52,105 nucleotides of DNA from Actinomycetota bacterium (GTDB lineage Bacteria > Actinomycetota > Acidimicrobiia > Acidimicrobiales > Ilumatobacteraceae), in the NCBI GenBank assembly GCA_009920715.1, contig RFZO01000001.1, positions 1 through 52,105 on the forward strand, given 5' to 3'. The translations under genes were made by a program, and so were the position numbers. Of the stretch, positions 46,599 to 52,105 are shown in pieces. The notes under the pieces were generated by a model that saw nothing but the letters and a program-made list of their open reading frames with translations, ran no database searches and was not told where the DNA came from. Each line of letters starts with the position of its first letter. Positions within the stretch are counted from its first letter, which is position 1.

Positions 46599-47717
46599 TC
46601 ACCTGCGCGAGTACCGCTCCCTGGTGACGGTCCCGTCGGGCTGGGTGAAAGTGAAAGTTGCCTCGGTGGACGAGACCACGTAGGCGACCTCGCCGCGCGC
46701 ACCGCCGATGCTGTACCCGAGCACGTACGAGCCGCTAGCGGGAGAAGAGAATTCCGTTATGGTCGCCCCGCGCAGAGGCTCGAGCGAGGGGCGAAAGGGG
46801 TTGGTGCGCGGCTGCGGCTCGATCTGGTCACCCGAGACTGACACCACCCCGCGGAGACCGCCGTTGATGTACGGGTAGGTCCGTGTGCCGTGGTAGTGGT
46901 AGGCGCCGCTCGCATCGAAATGCCCGTTGAATTCGTCGAGGGCTCTCACCTTCGAGCCGTCAGGTTCCGTCTCTCCGTAGATCGGGAAACCGTCGAGTGC
47001 GAACGCGATGGGCTTGTCGCGCCCCACCTTCTCGACGAGGTGGAGAGGAGCGACGTGATAGTGGTAGTCGTCGGCCCGGCCGGCGTGACCTCCCCATTCG
47101 TCCAGCTCGCCGACGAGGAATGCGTCATCACCCCGATTGTTCAGGGCGTTGAAGATGGGGACACCGTTCGCCGCGAGCGCAATGGCACCCCGGTACAGCG
47201 CGGTCCTCGCCGACACCGGCGAGCCCGCAAGCTCGGGCACGGCGGGAATCCGCCACGCGTTCGACCCCGAGTAGGGCTGCGGCGTGGGCACCTGCTGCTG
47301 CCAGCTCGTAATCCCGATCATCATTCCGTGGGCGGGCATGCCATTGCTCTCGACGAGCCACCAGTTCCCCTCCCGCATCACCTTCACCGTCGATGCGAAC
47401 TCGTCGAACCCGGCAGGGGGCCCCGCCGGTTCGCCAACAGAATCGACCGTCGTGGTTGCGGCACGGGGAACAGAACTGGCCGACGAAGGCTCCGTTGTCG
47501 TAGAGGGGGCAGCGGGAGCCACGGAGGAAGAAATTGTCGTTGAGGGCTCATCCGGGCTCGAGCCACCGCGACCGCACGCAGCCAGCAGCGCAGCCGCGGC
47601 ACCCACCGCCCCAGCTCGTATCGCCTGTCGTCGCGTCAGGAAGGCCTCCGGCACGACGATGAACCCGTGCTCGTGATGCCCCGCTCCTGGGTCATGATCT
47701 CTGCCGGGTCCGCACAT
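46599..47717 (-). CDS. YHYH-domain lipoprotein with a twin-arginine signal
   Basis: GGAGGAG SD 5 nt before ATG 47717. TRRQAIRAG...LLAAC (Tat signal plus lipobox), a Ser/Thr/Pro linker, and two YHYH motifs (DDYHYHVAP, GAYHYHGT). Confidence 0.75.
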   Translation of the reverse strand: MCGPGRDHDPGAGHHEHGFIVVPEAFLTRRQAIRAGAVGAAAALLAACGRGGSSPDEPSTTISSSVAPAAPSTTTEPSSASSVPRAATTTVDSVGEPAGPPAGFDEFASTVKVMREGNWWLVESNGMPAHGMMIGITSWQQQVPTPQPYSGSNAWRIPAVPELAGSPVSARTALYRGAIALAANGVPIFNALNNRGDDAFLVGELDEWGGHAGRADDYHYHVAPLHLVEKVGRDKPIAFALDGFPIYGETEPDGSKVRALDEFNGHFDASGAYHYHGTRTYPYINGGLRGVVSVSGDQIEPQPRTNPFRPSLEPLRGATITEFSSPASGSYVLGYSIGGARGEVAYVVSSTEATFTFTQPDGTVTRERYSRR

Positions 47718-47793
47718 CTCATCTCCTCCGGGCCGACCGTACCGACCGAAAGTAAGAGAGCAACAAGAGCCCGGCGGGACTCAACAGCCGTCC

Positions 47794-49425
47794 TCAGGCG
47801 TCGGGGAGCGCGTGGTCCGCGAACTGCTCGCGCAGGGTCTTCTTCGAGAACTTGCCCACGGAGGTCTTCGGGACCTCGGGGATGAAGACCACGTCGTCGG
47901 GCAGCTGCCACTTGGCGAGGCGCGGCACGAGGTGCTCGATGACCTCCTCCTTCGTCAGGCTCTCCCCCGGCTTCACCACCACGCACGCGAGCGGACGCTC
48001 CGACCACTTCGGGTGCGGCACGCCGATCACTGCGGCTTCAGCAATCCTGGGGTGCGACATGAGTTCGTTCTCCACGTCGACGGACGAGATCCACTCGCCG
48101 CCGGACTTGATGAGGTCCTTCGTGCGGTCCACCAGGCGGATGCGGCCCATCGGGTCGACCACAGCGACGTCACCGGTGCGCAGCCAGCCGTCATCAGTGA
48201 AGCTCTCGCGCGAGCGCGGGTCGTCGTAGTAGTCGGCCGCGATCCACGGTCCGGAGCACTGCAACTCGCCGCTCGACTCGCCGTCCCACGGAAGCGGGGT
48301 GGTCGTGCCCGGTTCCACCACGCGCATCTCCACGCCGAACGCAATGAGGCCCACTGTGGTCCGCAGGTCGGCCTGCTGCTCCTGCGGGAGGGCACGGTCG
48401 GCCCGCGACAGCGTGCACACCGCCGCGATCGGGCTGGTCTCGGTCATGCCCCACGCCTGCAGGATGGGCAGGCCGGTCTGCTCACGGTACGCCTCGCTGA
48501 GCGCCTTCGGCACCGCCGAACCGCCGCACGGGATGCAGCGCAGCGACGACGTGTCCTTGCCCTTCAGTTCGGGCAGCACCGCCATCCAGATGGTGGGCAC
48601 GCCGGCGGCCACGGTGACCTTCTCGTCGACGATCAGTCTCGCCACCGCCGGCCCGCTGAGGTCGGGGCCCGGCATGACGAGGTCCGCACCGGAGGCAACA
48701 CCTGCGTGCGCGAGACCCCACGAGTTCGCGTGGAACATGGGCACGACCGGCAGGATCACATCGGCCTCGCCCACGCCCACCGAGTCGGTCATCATCGTGG
48801 CCATCGTGTGCAGGTAGGTGCTGCGGTGCGAGTACACGACGCCCTTGGGGTTGCCCGTGGTGCCCGAGGTGTAGCACATGCTCGCCGCGCGGTTCTCGTC
48901 CTCGATCACCGGCCACACGGCAGGCTTGGACTTCGACACCAGTTCCTCGTAGTCGTGCACCTGGATGCCGGGCACCGACGCGGGGGCCGCGCCCTTGCCG
49001 TCGTTCATGAAGACAAGGTGCTTCACGGTGGTGAACGTGGGCACGAGGGGCTCGAGCAGGGCCCACAGGGAGGTGTCGCAGAAGATGATCTCGTCCTCGG
49101 CGTGGTTCACGATGTAGGTGAGCTGCTCGGGGAACAGGCGGATGTTCAGGGTGTGCAGCACGCGCCCGCTGCACGGGGCGGCGAAGTACAGCTCGAGGTG
49201 GCGGGCGGTGTTCCACGCGAAGGTCGCGACGCGGCCCGTGGCCGTGATTCCGAGTGTGTCCAGTGCGGATGCGATGCGGCGCGTGCGGTCGGCCCACTCG
49301 CCGTACGTGACCCGCTCGATCCCGGTGGCGGTGGCCGTGGTGACCGTCTTGTCACGGTGGTACTTCTCCGCGCGGTCGAACAGGTAGTTGATCGTCAACT
49401 GGGTCGGCTGCATCAGGCCCTTCAT
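47794..49425 (-). CDS. medium/long-chain acyl-CoA synthetase
   Basis: MKGLMQPTQLTINYL start, YTSGTTGNPKGV, GMTETSP, GWLRTGD...DRTKDLIKSGGEWIS. ATG 49425 is preferred (GGGGGAG SD) and ATG 49437 is an alternative. The ORF-track start at 49509 is rejected. Confidence 0.85.
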   Translation of the reverse strand: MKGLMQPTQLTINYLFDRAEKYHRDKTVTTATATGIERVTYGEWADRTRRIASALDTLGITATGRVATFAWNTARHLELYFAAPCSGRVLHTLNIRLFPEQLTYIVNHAEDEIIFCDTSLWALLEPLVPTFTTVKHLVFMNDGKGAAPASVPGIQVHDYEELVSKSKPAVWPVIEDENRAASMCYTSGTTGNPKGVVYSHRSTYLHTMATMMTDSVGVGEADVILPVVPMFHANSWGLAHAGVASGADLVMPGPDLSGPAVARLIVDEKVTVAAGVPTIWMAVLPELKGKDTSSLRCIPCGGSAVPKALSEAYREQTGLPILQAWGMTETSPIAAVCTLSRADRALPQEQQADLRTTVGLIAFGVEMRVVEPGTTTPLPWDGESSGELQCSGPWIAADYYDDPRSRESFTDDGWLRTGDVAVVDPMGRIRLVDRTKDLIKSGGEWISSVDVENELMSHPRIAEAAVIGVPHPKWSERPLACVVVKPGESLTKEEVIEHLVPRLAKWQLPDDVVFIPEVPKTSVGKFSKKTLREQFADHALPDA

Positions 49426-49529
49426 GGACTCCCCCATCTCGCGTGCGGGCACCCTCCGTCCCGCGTGTCCCACCGTACCAACCTCGGACCGACGGGAAAA
49501 AGGTCGCACTGCCCGATACCGTGCCCGCC

Positions 49530-50144
49530 GTGCGCAGGGCTCTCCTCATCTTCACGGCGTTCCTGTTCACCATCGGCACGATCGGCACCAACATGGGTCC
49601 GGCCCTCGTGGACGAGCGTCCGCTTCTGGTGCTGGCGCTCAGTTCGCGCAACCGGAACCTGCTCGGGTCGATCCCCTACGTCGATGCCGTCACCTTCTTC
49701 GGGGTGGGGTTCGTGCGCCTGCTGGTCGCCGCAGTGACCCTGTTCTTCGTGGGCCGCCTGTACGGCGAACGCGCCCTCGCCTGGACCGAGTCCCAGGTGG
49801 GCGAGATGCCCCGGATCTACCACGCCACCGAGCGGATCACCCGCAAGGCCGGCTGGCTGGCCGTCTTCCTGATGCCCGGCTCCAACATCGTCTGCCTGCT
49901 GGTCGGGCACCTGAAAATGGCGCCGCGGCGCTTCATCGCGCTCGCCACGGGCGGAATAGCCCTGCGCCTCGTGGTGTTGTGGTTCGGTGGGAAGCAGGTC
50001 GAGGACCAGATCGAATCGGTCGTCGGCTGGATCAACGACTACCAGTGGTGGATCGTCGGGGGTCTCTTCGCCGTGACGTTCTTCCAGAGCGCCCGGAGGA
50101 AATCACCCGATCTCCCCGACGAGACCGTGGACAACACGGACTGA
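49530..50144 (+). CDS. membrane protein of unknown function (possibly DedA/VTT-like)
   Basis: About 4 TM helices. The start is uncertain: GTG 49530 gives an MRRALLIF... N-terminus and lies 7 nt after TACCGT (49517-49522). The ORF track starts at 49443. Confidence 0.55.
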   Translation: MRRALLIFTAFLFTIGTIGTNMGPALVDERPLLVLALSSRNRNLLGSIPYVDAVTFFGVGFVRLLVAAVTLFFVGRLYGERALAWTESQVGEMPRIYHATERITRKAGWLAVFLMPGSNIVCLLVGHLKMAPRRFIALATGGIALRLVVLWFGGKQVEDQIESVVGWINDYQWWIVGGLFAVTFFQSARRKSPDLPDETVDNTD

Positions 50145-50205
50145 CACAATCGACGCGGGCCCGTCCCGCGGACAGAGACCACCTACACACAAGGAAGACA
50201 CACAC

Positions 50206-50703
50206 ATGGCACAGACAGCATTCGGCGGCAACCCGGTCAACACCGTGGGCGACCTCCCGGTCCCCGGCAAGGCCCTGCCCTCCTACTCGCTCACCGGCGG
50301 CACGCTCGCCGACTTCGACCACTCCGCCTTCGCGGGCAAGCGGGTGGTGTTCAACATCTTCCCGAGCGTCGACACCCCGGTGTGCGCGAACAGCGTGCGC
50401 AAGTTCAACGAGCTCGCCTCGTCGCTCGACAACACGGTGGTCGTGTGCGTGTCTGCGGACCTTCCGTTCGCCCAGGGCCGCTTCTGCGGTGCCGAGGGAC
50501 TCAGCAACGTGCAGACGGCGTCGTCGTTCCGCACCAACTTCGGTGCGGCGTTCGGTGTCGGCATGAACGAGGGTGCCTTCGGCGGTCTCCTCGCGCGCGC
50601 CGTCGTGGTGGCCGACGAGAAGGGCAACGTTCTCCACACCGAGCTCGTCCCCGAGATCGGCCAGGAACCCGACTACGACGCGGCCATCAAGGCACTCGGC
50701 TGA
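50206..50703 (+). CDS. tpx: thiol peroxidase (atypical 2-Cys peroxiredoxin)
   Basis: 165 aa with FPSVDTPVCANSVRKFN (peroxidatic Cys) and SADLPFAQGRFC (resolving Cys). AAGGAAG SD. Confidence 0.9.
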   Translation: MAQTAFGGNPVNTVGDLPVPGKALPSYSLTGGTLADFDHSAFAGKRVVFNIFPSVDTPVCANSVRKFNELASSLDNTVVVCVSADLPFAQGRFCGAEGLSNVQTASSFRTNFGAAFGVGMNEGAFGGLLARAVVVADEKGNVLHTELVPEIGQEPDYDAAIKALG

Positions 50704-50721
50704 CCACAGCCCCCAATGTGG

Positions 50722-50756
50722 AGAGCCCGTCCCGCAAGGGACGGGCTCTTTTCATT
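50722..50756 (+). terminator. rho-independent terminator after tpx (convergent with dapB)
   Basis: 12-bp stem AGAGCCCGTCCC / GGGACGGGCTCT with a GCAA loop, followed by TTTCATTT. Confidence 0.85.
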
Positions 50757-50791
50757 TCCGGCGTCACACGACGGCGCGCGGGACGAATCTC

Positions 50792-51553
50792 TCAGAGCAG
50801 CGAGTCGATACCGGTGGTGAACCGGTCGGGAAGCCCCGCCACCCTGCGGCACGCGAGCACCACGCCCGGCATGAACGACACACGGTCGTTCGAGTCGTGC
50901 CTTATGACAAGTGTCTGGCCGGACGTGCCGAGGATGACCTCCTGCGACGCCGTCATGCCGACCATGCGCACGCCGTGCACGTGGATGCCGCCGGGCCCCA
51001 CCCCTCCGCGCGCGCCGGGGATGACCTCGTGCCGGGTCGGGTCGGCCGCCCACTCATCGGACGCAGCCGCCATGCGCTGTGCGGTGGCCATTGCCGTGCC
51101 GCTCGGCGCATCGGCCTTGGCGTTGTGGTGGAACTCGATGATCTCGGCAGTCTCGAAGTAGGGCGCTGCCTGCTCGGCGAACTTCATCATCAGCACCGCG
51201 CCTATCGCGAAGTTCGCCGCGACGAGGCAGTTGCTGCCGGTGAATGCGGACCGGAAGGACGCGATGTCGTCGTCGGTGAAACCGGTGGTGCCGACCACGG
51301 CGTGCATGCCGTGCAGGGCCAGCCACGGCAGCGTCTGGCGCGCGGCCGTGGCCACGGTGAAGTCCACCACGACCTCGGCCCCGGCGTCCGCCAGGGCCTT
51401 CAGCTCGCCGTGCACCGGGACCCCGTGAACGGAACCGCCGCCACCGACGACGTCGATGGCGGCGACAAGTTCCAGGCCGTCCGCCGCGGCGACTGCGTCG
51501 CACACGGTGGCGCCCATGCGTCCTGCGGCCCCGACAACTCCCACTCTCGTCAT
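50792..51553 (-). CDS. dapB: 4-hydroxy-tetrahydrodipicolinate reductase
   Basis: 253 aa. MTRVGVVGAAGRMG Rossmann start and the EFHHNAKADAPSGTA signature. TACGGT lies 7 nt upstream of ATG 51553. The ORF-track start at 51634 is rejected. Confidence 0.9.
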   Translation of the reverse strand: MTRVGVVGAAGRMGATVCDAVAAADGLELVAAIDVVGGGGSVHGVPVHGELKALADAGAEVVVDFTVATAARQTLPWLALHGMHAVVGTTGFTDDDIASFRSAFTGSNCLVAANFAIGAVLMMKFAEQAAPYFETAEIIEFHHNAKADAPSGTAMATAQRMAAASDEWAADPTRHEVIPGARGGVGPGGIHVHGVRMVGMTASQEVILGTSGQTLVIRHDSNDRVSFMPGVVLACRRVAGLPDRFTTGIDSLL

Positions 51554-51575
51554 GGGGGTCACCGTAGCCGTCAGG

Positions 51576-52105
51576 TCATCTAGCGGCGACGACGGTTGCG
51601 GTCGCCTCCGCGGCCACCCGGTCACGGCGCTCACGGCGCTCGCCGCCCTCGCCGGACTGGTCGAAGTCGACGTTGTCGTAGCCCTCGCCGACCGGGGTGA
51701 GGCTGACCTTGCCCTTGTCGTCGATGTCGTCCACGCGCACCTCGATCTCCTGACCGAGCTCCAGCACGTCCTCCACGTTGTTCACGCGCTTGCCCTTGCC
51801 GAGCTTGCTGATGTGCACCAGGCCGTCGCGGCCCGGGAGGATGTTCACGAACGCACCGAACTTGGTGATGCTGACGACGCGGCCGTTGTACACGGCACCG
51901 AGCTCCGCGGTCGGCGGGTCGACGATCGCGAGGATGCGCGACTTGGCCTCCTCGACCTTCGCGTTGTCCGGCGAACCGATGGTGACGATGCCCACGGCGC
52001 CGTCGTCGCTGACGGCGATGTCTGCTCCGGTCTCCTGCTGGATGGTGTTGATGACCTTGCCCTTCGGTCCGATGACCTCGCCGACCTTGTCGAGCGGGAT
52101 GGTGA
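51576..52105 (-). CDS. pnp: polyribonucleotide nucleotidyltransferase (PNPase), 3' part only (KH and S1 domains)
   Basis: The reading frame is open to the window end. KVGEVIGPKGKVINTIQQETG (KH) and GRVVSITKFGAFVNILPGRDGLVHISKL (S1). Confidence 0.9.
   Translation of the reverse strand, partial: TIPLDKVGEVIGPKGKVINTIQQETGADIAVSDDGAVGIVTIGSPDNAKVEEAKSRILAIVDPPTAELGAVYNGRVVSITKFGAFVNILPGRDGLVHISKLGKGKRVNNVEDVLELGQEIEVRVDDIDDKGKVSLTPVGEGYDNVDFDQSGEGGERRERRDRVAAEATATVVAAR

Noticed and set aside
50159-50735. The 11-mer GCCCGTCCCGC is present both upstream (50159-50169) and downstream (50725-50735) of tpx, which could suggest flanking repeats of a mobile cassette.
   Set aside because: Both copies are simply parts of local GC hairpins, the second being the tpx terminator. 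There is no further flanking homology and no mobility gene. This is plausibly chance in GC-rich DNA.

Overview
This is a high-GC (about 70%) chromosomal segment with an actinobacterial backbone. On the minus strand it carries pnp, dapB, dapA-rnj, ftsK, rimO-pgsA-cinA and carD. I call about 51 protein genes and 2 tRNAs (Gly-UCC, Arg-UCU). Gene content is mostly lipid and CoA metabolism (OYE reductase, PhyH dioxygenase, membrane desaturase, two acyl-CoA ligases, crotonase, thiolase). The rest includes redox enzymes, a CorA-type channel, a Zn/Mn-type metal ABC importer, a heterodimeric ABC exporter with two paralogous D-aminoacylase-like amidohydrolases, an amino-acid ABC importer, and a vapBC toxin-antitoxin pair next to tRNA-Arg. 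I see no CRISPR array, IS element, integrase, prophage or recognisable defence island. No intergenic gap exceeds about 115 bp, so there is little room for a large ncRNA. The strongest anomaly read directly from the sequence is a perfect 85-bp tandem duplication that frameshifts the importer ATPase gene. Other items worth follow-up: (1) a recurrent TANNNT-N6/7-start (leaderless-type) layout at about 15 gene starts, which corrects many over-long ORF-track starts; (2) three 11-bp-phased GTCATGC repeats over the vapB promoter; (3) a self-regulated TetR plus an uncharacterised diiron (2x E-x29-DEARH) protein; (4) a 672-aa secreted Cys-paired protein with a calcium-binding-type Asp repeat; (5) a CarD with a Lys/Ala-rich plus acidic tail; (6) a CorA with GQN instead of GMN. 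None amounts to a demonstrably new multi-gene system. Functional calls rest on motif recognition by eye, not on database searches.
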